From contig CM060732.1 in the NCBI GenBank assembly GCA_030704615.1, forward strand, positions 19,964,001 to 20,028,000: a DNA stretch of 64,000 nucleotides, read 5' to 3'. A program made the position numbers and the translations under genes. This DNA is from Takakia lepidozioides. Taxonomy: Eukaryota > Plantae > Bryophyta. The first letter of the stretch is position 1; each line of letters begins with the position of its first letter. The notes below the pieces were generated by a model, which was given only the letters and a program-made list of their open reading frames with translations, was not told the DNA's origin and did no database searches. Of this stretch, positions 49,301-61,573 are shown piece by piece.

Positions 49301-52300
49301 TCTCTCCATCCTGTTGAACTGTCCTGCTTTTGGTTTTTATTTCTTTAGTTATATGCTCCTTCCCTACAGGGGTGGAACCTACAGCCACATCCAAAAGCCC
49401 AGCTTCCCCTGCAGTGGTATCACTATTCGGACTATCAGGACCACCATCTCCTAAGCGCTTCAAAATGCGCACCTTTTCACTGCTTTTCTGACCATCGGAA
49501 TCCGAAATACAGGCTCCAGGGGAGATAATAGAAGTCTGCTTGTCAATGATAGGAAGGGCACTGGTTTCAGGCACAGTTGATATATCTTTAACAGTTATAC
49601 CTGGTGGTGGATTGCCAAGGATGCTAGACTTTCCTGCTGCCCCACCACTATGCAGGCCTGGTCTCAGCGCAGCTGCCACTGCAGCTGTAGTTGCAGGATT
49701 GGAAGCGATAACCTCTTTCCCATGATTCCCAGCTCTGTTGCCACCTTGGCCTTGTGCAGAAGTCCTGCCGCCTTTGCCCACCACCTTGTGCACTGCATTC
49801 TTGTCCCCAGAATTGACAACTTTCCTCCCAAGCTGATTATTTACCATAGGCCCTTCAACCAAATCCACTGTACACAGATCCTTACTGTTCAAAGAAGACC
49901 CTTCATCTCTCTTCCTTGATGCTTCCGCAGTGTCAACTTTCATGAGCCAACATAGCCCTGTCCCCTCCTTACTCTCATCCTTATCCATTGGACCTGGCCC
50001 AGACTCGATCCCCTTGTCACTCTCAACTTCTATCTTCAATGTGTTATTATGAACCACCTTTAAGGTAGAGACTGCTGCACTGTGCACCAGCCCTGGCAAG
50101 GGTGTATCTGGCGTTGGTGATGTTGATGAAAGCTCCTCCTCAAAAGCAGGTATTGAGAAGTTCATAGGTTCATCATTGCTGGCAGTTCCCCAGTCCCGAT
50201 GGCTAGGATGATGGCCACTCCAACCTTCGTGGAGGACCTGCCGTTGCATTTCAGCCCGGCCATCACTCACTACTGTAGATCCTCCTCGGTGGCTGTCACT
50301 CTCACCAAAAGTGGATCGACCACTGTTGACATCATTGTGGCCCCTTCCTCCTTTGTGACCTCCGCCCTCCTCCCTCCTTACTTCAGTACTATAACTTCCT
50401 CCTTCCTGATACCCATCTCCAACAGTCGCATTGCGGTCTCGTGGACCGTTGTTGGGAATGTGACGAGGCCCTTGCCCCACTCCCCCATGAGGATAGCGGC
50501 CAAAGGCCTCAAAAGCAGGTCCTTGATGGTGGGGATACCCACCATAAACTCCTTGGGGCCCTGTTCCTGGCATCATTTCACGTTCCTCCATATTCCCATA
50601 CCCTGGGGGTCCATAAAAACCGTCATAAGCAACAGGACCTGGAAACATGCCAGGGCGCAGAGGAGCAGCTGGCCGTAGCAAAGGTCCTGGAGTGCCATAG
50701 ATGTCACTGTGCCTGCCATAGCCACCTGGCCCTCGTCCATATGGAGATGGTCCAAAGTGCGGTGGATGCATAAACCCAGTTCCATCATGTGGAAAGTGAC
50801 CTGGCCCTGGGTGGGGTACAAATGGTCCAATGGTTGGGGTTCCACCCCTACGCCAGTTGTCATCTGAGGAACTGCCTGATTGAGCAGTACCTCGGCGCCA
50901 CGTCTCAGGAGGGGGGCCTTGTCCCACATAAGGTGGAATGGGAGGAGGGCCGTCTCTAAGCCATGTGCCATCAGCCATTGCTGGCGGCCCCCCAAATGGA
51001 CCAACATCCCTACGCCAAGCATCTGGTATCCCTCTCTCCTGACCTCGGTAGTCACCTATGGGTCTTGGTGGCACATCATCTGTAAACCCTGCTGGTTAGA
51101 AAAGTAAAGCTTGATCACAATCTCTGTGCTAGTACTTCTCATCCACACCTGAACTAAGGCTATAAGAAGGCGGAAAACCCCAGGTACAGTGTGATCTAAA
51201 AACATTAAACTCATACCAGAAGGGCCAGGTGGAGTAGGTGGTGGTCTCTGCTCTGCAACAGAGACTTTCTCGTCCACTGATCCTGGACGCTCTTGGACAG
51301 CATTGCCTGCACAAGTTGACAAATGTCGGATAAGAACCCCATTGATTGCTCCTCAACCTACTGATCCTCAATCTACCCAAATGACATATCAAGCCCAAAT
51401 ACAACAGGAGAAAGATGTCGAGGTAGGTACCTGTACAAAGAGGGACTCCAGGACCCCATTCTAAGGATGTTACTATTAGGTGCAACAAGGCTAATGACTA
51501 GAAGATGGACACCTAGAGGGAATGGAATACACAGAAGACCACAAGGCATGCATGCATGCATACATACTGTGCTGTGGGCGAAGGTCAGGGTTTTTCTCTG
51601 AGCCAAGTGTTGGAAAATCCACACGCATCAGTGTGAAGCGCGACGCCTGATGGGGCTCTTCTGCTTGCCCCTACAACCCAAAAATGCATCCATGTACGTC
51701 CTTTCAGTTCCTGAAAAATCACTCTCCCATTGTCTTCCAACCATGTACCCTCTGATTGTTGTGAGCCTGCCACACCAAGAGGCCAGGTTTCCTACTGTCG
51801 GAAAGGAGAAGAATCCAAAAATAGGATTGACACCATTTCATGACAGAACAATGCAGAGATAGAGAATTGCTATTCAAAGGAAGCTTACCAGCCTCCGGGC
51901 TGCGGCAGCACCTCCCCATGCTGGAGCAGAGGTTGGAACAGGGGCTGTAGAGGGATCTGCAAAACGGGTGAGGGAGGGAGCCGGTCGTGAGGTGTCTGCA
52001 CTGTGAGGCCGAGTGAGTGATGCTGGAGGCTGAAGTTGTTCTTCCCCCAATACACCCGATGCAGAGGAAGGTCGATTGCCCCAGGCAATGCTAGTGCTGT
52101 TGTTACTAGAAGACGTGTCAGTCTGTTGCTGTGCAGGCCCAATGCTGCCTTCTGATGATGGGCGGGTGCCACTACCAGCTGAAGAAGGACGTGGCACATT
52201 TCCAGGGGGCCCCCATGCTCCACCACCAGTGCTGCTCCCTATGGTTGCTGTTCCTACCTGACTTCCCCAGGCCCCGCTGCTTCCGGATGGAGATGATGTT

Positions 52301-53585
52301 GGAGTTGCATTTCCCCATGCACTGTTACTACTTGGTGGTGACCTCCCCGCAGGTCCCCAACTCACACTACCTCTGCATTCTTGACCCATGGGAAAATGAA
52401 ATACCAGCATTTGCAGGATCCCCAATTACAAATCATCCTTACACCCTCACTCCAATCAATGTGTTTTGAAGGCATCTTCAACTGCTACTGCAACAGTGCT
52501 GAAAGGGTCTCAATACTTGCTTTTGTCAATCCATTTCACATGCTTTTACTTCAATTATGCCAAGAGAGTGCTCAATACAGCCCATAACCCGGCAGCAGCC
52601 TTGGCATGTTGTTTCCTAGCAAACTAGAGACTAAAAAAGAGGAGCATGCATGTGTATGTCAGATGTAAGTGGCCTTCAAGGGCACCCTACCCCTGAAAGA
52701 AAAATTCAATCCAAGTCTGGAGATTTGTCTTCCCAGATCACAGACAGAGGGAATTCTAACCAAGGGTTGTAGTCAGGAGTCAAAAGCTATAGCAGAAGAT
52801 CTGTGTTGCTCATAGGTCATGAGCACCTAGTATCAAACACGGGTAATGGGGTGCACAGTCAAGTCTGTTTAATATAAGCATAAAAGAGCCCGAATGTAGG
52901 TGGACAGCAAACACAACCAATACTCTAGACACAAAGTTTTCCTGTAGCTCTAAACTCTGCACAGACAGCTTCCCTGTATATGCAACCATACATCCACTGT
53001 ACTGCTGAAGGAACTCCAAACTTAGGTTATAATAACAGAAAATTATTCGTAAAAATAGACAAAAAAGGAAATAATAAATGTTCTTCAAAAGTGTTGGAAG
53101 TCACCCCTCAGATCTAGTTAACCATTTTACTTAGGGTTCTGTTAGGGTTTTTGACAGCTAGAGGTGGCTCCTTCCAGAAGCCTCCAAAGGTGTTGAGAAT
53201 TTAAGGGGAGGCTGAGGCAAGCCCAGCATACTTTTAACTCCTTGGAAGACGAGGTAAAATGTTAACCTGGGAACAATTTCCACATTAGGATCAAGCCCGC
53301 GATTCTCCGACCTGTGGCAACACAAGTGATACACATACATCAGTCTTTTAACAATTTCATCAATAACCTGTTTCCAAACAATATGCTGCTGCACTGATCA
53401 AGCTTCCTAAACATCCACTTATGACCACCAGTACTCTGTCACATCAATGTGCTGAGGTATCCAATACTCCATCAACAAGTTGGCAAGTTACCGTTGACTT
53501 GGCAGATTATGGGCTTGGTACAGTAGGTACAGTAGGTCATTTTGCCCCCAACCACTGTCATACCCCTTAGAAGCCGACACCCCAT
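46357..53585 (-). CDS. MOS1: MOS1-like protein, tandem copy 2 (5' end at the assembly gap)
   Basis: Exons 53311-53267, 52372-51889, 51670-51568, 51306-51217, 51079-49119 and 48864-46357 are open and keep the same phases as copy 1. The exon 2 homologue (53492-~53585) has indels next to the gap; exon 1 is not visible. Confidence 0.8.
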
Positions 53586-53680
53586 GAACCAGTCAAGCCA
53601 TGCGTAACTAACTCTACTTTGCTTAAACAGCACTGATATCCACGCGAGACTTCAGATCATTTCTCTTATTGAAAAAAGCC

Positions 53681-54180
53681 NNNNNNNNNNNNNNNNNNNN
53701 NNNNNNNNNNNNNNNNNNNNNNNNNNNNNNNNNNNNNNNNNNNNNNNNNNNNNNNNNNNNNNNNNNNNNNNNNNNNNNNNNNNNNNNNNNNNNNNNNNNN
53801 NNNNNNNNNNNNNNNNNNNNNNNNNNNNNNNNNNNNNNNNNNNNNNNNNNNNNNNNNNNNNNNNNNNNNNNNNNNNNNNNNNNNNNNNNNNNNNNNNNNN
53901 NNNNNNNNNNNNNNNNNNNNNNNNNNNNNNNNNNNNNNNNNNNNNNNNNNNNNNNNNNNNNNNNNNNNNNNNNNNNNNNNNNNNNNNNNNNNNNNNNNNN
54001 NNNNNNNNNNNNNNNNNNNNNNNNNNNNNNNNNNNNNNNNNNNNNNNNNNNNNNNNNNNNNNNNNNNNNNNNNNNNNNNNNNNNNNNNNNNNNNNNNNNN
54101 NNNNNNNNNNNNNNNNNNNNNNNNNNNNNNNNNNNNNNNNNNNNNNNNNNNNNNNNNNNNNNNNNNNNNNNNNNNNNNNN
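53681..54180. other. Assembly gap (500 N)
   Basis: Run of N. Confidence 1.
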
Positions 54181-54923
54181 AGTTTCAGATTGAAACCCCC
54201 AACTCAACATAGCCACAAATGCATTGGCTTGCATACAAGAGAAATCAGCCATCTCTCTTCATTCATATCTCCTTATGAGCTTGAAGTTGGAGCTCCCGAT
54301 AACTGTGACTCTAACACCCTCGCAGCTATACATTGCTGCAACTCCTTAACTCGGCCTGCAGCTGAAGAAGACGACCACCAGTTCGCCCACTTGAGACCAG
54401 CATCTCCCCCGCTTCACACTAGAAGCCCAAACTTGGTTGCCATAGCGGTGAGCTATGCAACGCCGCTCTTCAACATAGGCTACCCGCCTCTCTATCCATT
54501 GCAAACCTGCAACCTGTTCGCCTTTGCACTCTATCCACTTTGGATAAGCTCATGCACAGATCCCTGCACTCTAGGTTGAACTGCTTCTCATGAAAACACA
54601 AATGCTACAAAACAACTTGAACCTGGCACTCACAGACTCGAGCTCATCTTTCTCGAGTGATAAAGATGAAGAATACAAGCACAAGCTCACAAAGCTCACA
54701 AAGTTGAAGCATAAACTCATGCATATATAACCTCATCACTCACATACAAGTCAAGCCAAGTGCACCCGACGCCATGGGGAATCCACACTACGGCGCCATA
54801 GCTAGGCGCGGTGAGGCTCAACTCAAGAAAGATAAGCCTCCCGCGCTTGCCGTGAAGATAACCACTCCAGGGCCTAAATCTGCCTTGACCCCTGGATTGA
54901 CACTTGGCCAATCCCAAATGTCA
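54181..54923 (-). mobile_element. Possible LTR fragment abutting the gap, in the 5' region of MOS1 copy 2
   Basis: On the minus strand it begins TGACATTTGGG (54923) and has TTATATATG (~54730) followed by TG-rich U5-like sequence. I see no counterpart in copy 1. Confidence 0.35.
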
Positions 54924-55059
54924 ATATGTAAAAGCTAGCTATTTCCTAGCTAGTTTCACACTAGTGGTAAAATAACTTGACAAAGCCAACCTCACTCTTA
55001 GCGAGAAAGGGAGAGCCAGAGAGGGAACTAGAGAGGGAGAGAGATCAGCAGCTTCCTGT

Positions 55060-55135
55060 GATTCACTGGCAAAAGAAACATGGCTGGCTCTAAAAGATGA
55101 TTCACTGGCAAAAGAAACATGGCTGGCTCTAAAAG
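55060..55135. repeat. Perfect 38-bp tandem duplication
   Basis: GATTCACTGGCAAAAGAAACATGGCTGGCTCTAAAAGA occurs twice. Confidence 0.9.
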
Positions 55136-56270
55136 AAACAGACAAAATCAAACGTGACAATTGATGAAAGGCTTCCCTTGCAACATCATGTAGTCCCCTA
55201 CTAGTATCTGGCCCAGGACACAACCCCAAAGAAAACAAAATGATCTGTTCATCTTGAGAATTATCAAAAATAATATTGTTTCGATACCCTTACAAAGGTA
55301 TCCTGTTGAAATTGGGATGTGTGTTCCATATAATATATCAAACTCTTACATGTTGATACTCTTACATTGGTATCATGTTTGGTATATGTACATAGCCATA
55401 TATTGGCACCAACATCCACAAAGAGGGACAATCCCGCTTTTACAAGCGCGTCGTGACTCCCTCTCTCTCCCTCTCTTGCTCTCCCTTAGGCTTATCTCGG
55501 GCTCAAACCTTACCACGGGCAAAGGATAGACAGATGGACAGCAAGAATAGACGGACAACATGTATTTTTAGCTTATACTTTTGTATGCATATATATATAT
55601 TAAATATATATATACACATATATATAATATATACAGAAATAAGTTAAAAATTATAGAATTGAATTGTGTGCCGACAATTCAATTGAATTGCAAATTAGGG
55701 TTGTTTTCAAGCTAGTTTTAGCAGTTCAATTGAATTGCCCTTGCAATTGAATTGAATTGCGCACTTTTAGGGGGGTGATCAAGTGAATTGCAATGCATTT
55801 CATATCAAGGCCTTTTGGAATTCCCTACTTGGTACCTACCAGGCAATAGATACTGGCATACCAATATGCCAGTAGAGCTAGGCCTGGCCCAGGCAATTGT
55901 ATCAAATACAGTTTATTTTATTGCACAAAAGATATTAGCGCAAAAGATAAACCTTGTCCACAATAGCAACTGTGTACATTACGCCGGACTTTGAAACTGT
56001 GGGAGCCGTGAAGTGCGCATGTTTCTTGCGGAAATATGTGGCGACCAATGTTTCCAACTCGTCTTCATCTACTAGGTATTTGTCGTTCATTTTGTCGAAA
56101 CAGGTACGGCCCTGCTTTGCTGCTTTGCAAAGAATGAAAAAAATAGTCCAAATGTCGTCATCATGTCTTTCGTCTATTCGATACATACTAGGCACTAGCC
56201 TAAGCTGATTCTTCCACCAAAGAAAAAAGATTTTACTTAGTTCCACGTCTTGAAGCGTATGATTTCGCTC

Positions 56271-59200
56271 TCATGCTGCTTCCGGGCCCAGTCTCTCTCT
56301 CAAGATTGTCACACCCATGTACCTGCACACATGCACTAGATTTGAGATCGGTGGGAACTCGCTACACGGGAAAAGATCAGTGCCCAGCTCCAAAGATGCT
56401 AAGAACGTTAGATCCATATGTTGGTGCTCAGATTAATGCAGACCTCACTCTGGACAGTAGTAGATCGAATCAAGTTGGGAGCTGCACTAAGTATGATGCT
56501 ACGGCACAGAACATGATGGCCAGCATCAACTTGAGTTTTGTTTCTCTGTGGACAGATTGAATGCTCAAAAAATCCAAGTACGCACCTGCCAAGCATCATG
56601 ACAGTGGCCTGGGGGTTGGTTCCTGGGGAGAAATTGAAGGTGGATCCGTCGATAACACGCAGTGCATCAACACCCAGTACGCGATACGAGGAGTCGACTA
56701 CCCTTCCAACTTGGCAGCCACCGTGGTAGTGCCAAATGGTCTCCACATTGTCGCGGCACCATTGATTGACTGAAAGAGTGTCTGCTGTGTAGTTGTCAGG
56801 AAACCGCTGCGGCATAGTGCTATCAAAGGCTGCTTTGACAGGGCGTAGCACCTCGGGGACGGTGTCCTCGGTGTAGACGAGGTGAGCAAAGGCATTGGAC
56901 TCGAGAACTCGCCCAATTGTGCGGATGCCCTCCGTGCACACGTAGAGATCTTCAGGGTTCTGGAAGTAGTTGAAACGCACCGAAGGATTGTCGCTCACAT
57001 TGGTGGTGACAAGCTGTAGTTCTCCGGAGGAGAGAGGCCCCCACGCCTTCTCTAATATCGAGCCGCCCCATGTCGCAGATGCCTTAGCATCTGCAGGTAG
57101 ATTAGCAATTGCCTGCGCAAGTCCACCCACCTGCATCAGGGCAAACGCTGCTGCGCCGATTTGCCCTTGACCACTCGACACCTCAATGTAACTGCCAAAG
57201 GGCGTGATTCCAACAACTTGAATCAACGATTCTTCCACAGGCTGTGAGGTCAACACCCAGATGGCATTCATGGGGTTGTCGGCCATTCCTTGTCCCACTG
57301 CCGGCTGGCTCACCACTACTGGAATGTTGAAGGAGGCGAGGTGCTCGGCGGGTCCGATTCCACTCAGCATGAGCAATTGCGGGGTGCCCAGCGCCCCCGC
57401 GGACAGAATGACCTCGCTTCCAGGATTGCTATTCAGGAGTGCAATGTGTTCTATCCCATTCAAATCCGTGTACACCACCCCTATCGCCCTAGGGCGCCCG
57501 CCTGCGCCTGCACATCCAGTGATTGTAATAATATTCTCTGTCGTCATTCAGAAAAAGATAGATTTCCAGGTGGTGGTCTCAAGTGTAGACTTACCACAGA
57601 TTCCACGGCCAGAGTAAGGTTTGACCAGGTTCATGAATTCATGTCACATTAGCAAATCTGGCTTCAGGACTCCCTCCCTCCCTTCTCCCCGCTCTACCTT
57701 TCTCCCGCCCATGACATGCATGTCTCTCAATCAGAGCTACAGCTCCTGTCCAAGATTACAATCGAGGACCTCGACCATTCATGACTCGAATTTTGGACAG
57801 CTTGCTTCAAATGAACCCCTTTAATCTTAAGCATCCACACATGTGGATGTTCACGAAATGTTTCTGACAAAATACACTGTGCACCTGTAAAATACTTGTT
57901 GAAGATCAACCGCTGAGTATTGGCCCAAAGAAAAACAGAGATGCCGTTGGGATTGGAATACTCAAGCAGGTCCGCTGCGGTGTGGCGATGACCGTTACTG
58001 TCGAAGATGGAGCCCCCAATTTTGGTGCCAACCAGGTGCTGGTAAGTGCCCCCGTTGTATGGCGTCACACCCACTTCCAGGAGCCCATCCCTGCCCGCTG
58101 TCTGAAACACACCCAGCTCAGGAATGTGACCAACTACGCGAGTGACCCAATCATATGATTGATTCACCAATGTTCCATCCCAACCCGCCTTTTGAACGTA
58201 GTCAGGGCTGGCGTACGTGAAAAATCCTGCATTCAGGCAGCTCCCACCTCCCAACACGCGAGCCCGGGCATTCACCACGCCGTCCTCGGATACAAAGGCC
58301 TGTGAGGCACTGGTGTCAGTGGAGATTGCCAAGTCAGCTTCGAAGCCGACAAGGTTCTCAACCAGGGGATTGCCATATGGTACACCTGTCGGTGCGAATC
58401 CACAATCGAATGAGTACTTTCAAGACAGTTCTAGATGTGACTGGTCAGTCAAATATTTCATATAGATGATATTGATCATTGACCACCTTGCAGCTCATGA
58501 CAGCACACGAGTCGTAGAGTCTGCTGCAGTATTACCGAGAAGCCCCCCTGGAGCTGATCATCCCGCCAGGCTAGCTAGCGTCGTTCGAGTATCATTCAAG
58601 AGAGGCTGTTTAACTCTGAACAACTCATGATGATCTACTCTTTAACTTGTCTCTCCACAGTAGATCTAGAAGGGCAGAGTATCTTGTTATCTCACCTCCA
58701 CGCTCCAACAGCAACACGTTGAAATTCTGGGAGAGGGTGGCGGCTAGGGGGCACCCGGCAGTGCCCCCACCAACAATGATATAATCATAACCGTCAAATC
58801 TGAACGGTGCATCAGTAGCGTTCCTCAAAAATGTGTAGTTTGGATCTGCAGAATCCGGGCATATTTCATTAAGAATAATAGGTACTTCTGTATTCAACCG
58901 GTCGAGTCAGCTGCATGCATGTACGCATTGATCAACGTTTGTAGATCTACACATCCTTGATCAAAATATATATTTGAGCGTTCTCTATTATATCGGCAAC
59001 CGACATGATAATGCAAAAAAACCGACTTCGGGAATCTCAATGAATTGATTTATCAGTTTGGAATCGGCTCCACCTTCCCTAAAGGGAAACAGAAGTCTTT
59101 CGGGGTGAAGAGACACCATAGCTACGATTACTTGGCTCGGCAGGGGTTTCTTTTTCTTCTTAACGACCACCGTACCCAGTGGCAGACTCACTTGCTGTAC

Positions 59201-59340
59201 ATATAACTTAATTTAAGGTGGGTAGGAGAGGCGAGCGGATCACCAGTGTAAACTGCAGTACATCCGAGCAGCTGGTGCAAAATGCAGAATGCTGCTACAA
59301 ACAATATCCACCTCCATAGCTCGGCCACCCTCATCGACAT
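56271..59340 (-). CDS. HTH: HOTHEAD-like / mandelonitrile lyase-like GMC oxidoreductase (5 exons, ~573 aa, signal peptide)
   Basis: Exons 59340-59244, 58845-58696, 58385-57885, 57507-56586 and 56322-56271 (1722 nt). Motifs [62 protein letters not shown] and [17 protein letters not shown]. Confidence 0.93.
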
Positions 59341-61573
59341 TGTCTCCCCACCCCTGCAAGGCGAAGCTGACCTCGTACACAATATACGTGGAGAGAGATC
59401 ATATAAAGAAATAGAGAAACTTCATGTACAACGTCCCACGAGAACCCGGCGAGAGAGAGGGACAGAGAGAGATGGAGAGGCTTCATTTTAACGAGTTCGC
59501 TTCCATCTTTGTTTAAATGCCGTCTCGAAGATGACAAGAGCTGGAGAGGCGCTGTGTGCATGAGTCCTGAAGAAGGCGCCCACTGTTCATGACAGGCCAA
59601 CCAGATCAGCTCTTTCCTACACTGTTGCACAAATTTTACTTCTACTTTCTTGTTCTCCCTCATTTCCTCACTCAACAGTGTCACTGGGGGATAAGTCCAA
59701 CATCAGTTCCTATGGCCCCACGAAAAGGCCCTCGATTTCAGGCTAGCGAATTTAGATCCGATCACACTCATTGCCTTGCAGTCGATATACTCGACCCTTA
59801 TCATCGTCTGCCTCCCTCTAATTATGTGGCTCTCTATGTATCGATACAAGGAGGACCCACCAGAGGACTTCACCGAATTGTTTGGGACTTTGACGTGACT
59901 GGCTATCTCGCTTGGAAAAGGATCAAGGATGCATCCGATCCCACCCACGCACATCCACCAACCCCGCACTATGTTGTGGTTGCTTTTCAGCATGAGTATC
60001 AACAAACAATTTGGATGGTGGACAATTCACAATGTGTTTGACCTCCTAAACGGTGAGGTTTTGGGTGTGACTGTGTGTCAATTGCCATAGCAAAGCGACA
60101 TGGCCTAAGAAACCAAGGAGAGATGATGGTGAAAGTCCCAACACCTTCGTTGCTGAAAAACAGGAGAGAAGGAGATTGATGTGTATTAGTCACACATGTG
60201 GCAATGCCTAGCCGTCTCCCTGGACTGTTTTCTTTCTTTCCGCTATGAGGATCTGCTTACCTGCACGAGGCCTTCACCCTTAGACAATCACTCGAGCAAT
60301 AATTTTTATTCTTGGCTCTGGTTTTGTTTCCTCTCTCATGTTTTTTTTCTTCCATTTTGTCCCATAAGCTCTATGAGCTTTCGCGGACGTTATAAAGCAC
60401 CATTTCATTTCATTTCATTTCTCATGTTTTCTTAAGTCGTTACAGTACAAGCTTAGTAATTAGACTGTTGGAATACTCAGACCCTTCTCAGCATGCGACG
60501 TCAATGCATAGTTTTTTCCCCGTGTTATTTGTCCCTGTTGGACTAGCACCATCTCTTCTTCAATGTGCATGGTTAAATATACATATCTCTATTATAGTGA
60601 CAGCCCATCTAGAATACTATTAAACCTAATGAGAAGTCATCAGCATACCACTCCAAAGATTATCAAGTAAACTTATCAAGTAAATTGGGTTTAGGCAAAA
60701 GGACAGTCTGGTGTTGACTGCCTGCCCCGACCACAATTGAAGGGTACATTCTGATGAAACCCAGGTTTAGACTAGAGAGAGAAAGGTATTGCAATTACAG
60801 TGAGAAAGCGAAGGACAATTAGGGAATCCAGACACTCGATTAGCATGGCAGCCACCCACAAGCCATGCTTTCTGCTTGTTTGCTCCACACCTTTTTCACA
60901 ACCTTCCGTCTCAGGCTGGGCCTAGTGATCCACAACCTGAATGCTTGTAGCCTCAATGGTCTCCCACTCACTGCGTGTCTCACACAGCTACCATTTCCAT
61001 CTTTGGAAGTGATGTGCTTGGCTGCAGCTTCACATGAAGGTTATTCTAATTTACAACCAGTCCATTCCATTTATGGTCGGATTCCTCTTAAGGCCCTCTT
61101 GGTGAACGGCACATTCTCAAAAGGACGGCACCTCCTACAAAAGGGACGATCTTGCTATCATTGCTTGTACAGCTCTTGCTGTCTGTGGCAGGTAGGGAAA
61201 ATCTTTAAATAAGGAATCTGTTAGGAAGAAAGACTTTCTACTGCTACTAGTACCATAATGTGGTTGCAGGAGAAATTGAGGAACCTGCAGTATACCACTG
61301 ACCATAGCCATGAAGAGGCTTTACTTTTCTACCTCTGGAACTAAAGTTGGCCCCAGTGAACAATCTACTTCTACAACTCTTAGACATACCAATCTACTAA
61401 CATGATCTACAGTCGCAGATCAAAGGGAGGGCAAGTTGTCTCCCTTGTTCTCAAGTTTGAAGGCTGGTCTTCAGTTGAAGAACTGTGAAGCCTCTGCTGA
61501 CCACAGCCAGTGGCTTAATGGCAAATGACCTCCCAGAAACACAAATTTCCAATATAGTGCACTGAAGATCATG

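Noticed and set aside
53623-54252. ORFs spanning the N-run
   Set aside because: Artefacts of the assembly gap.
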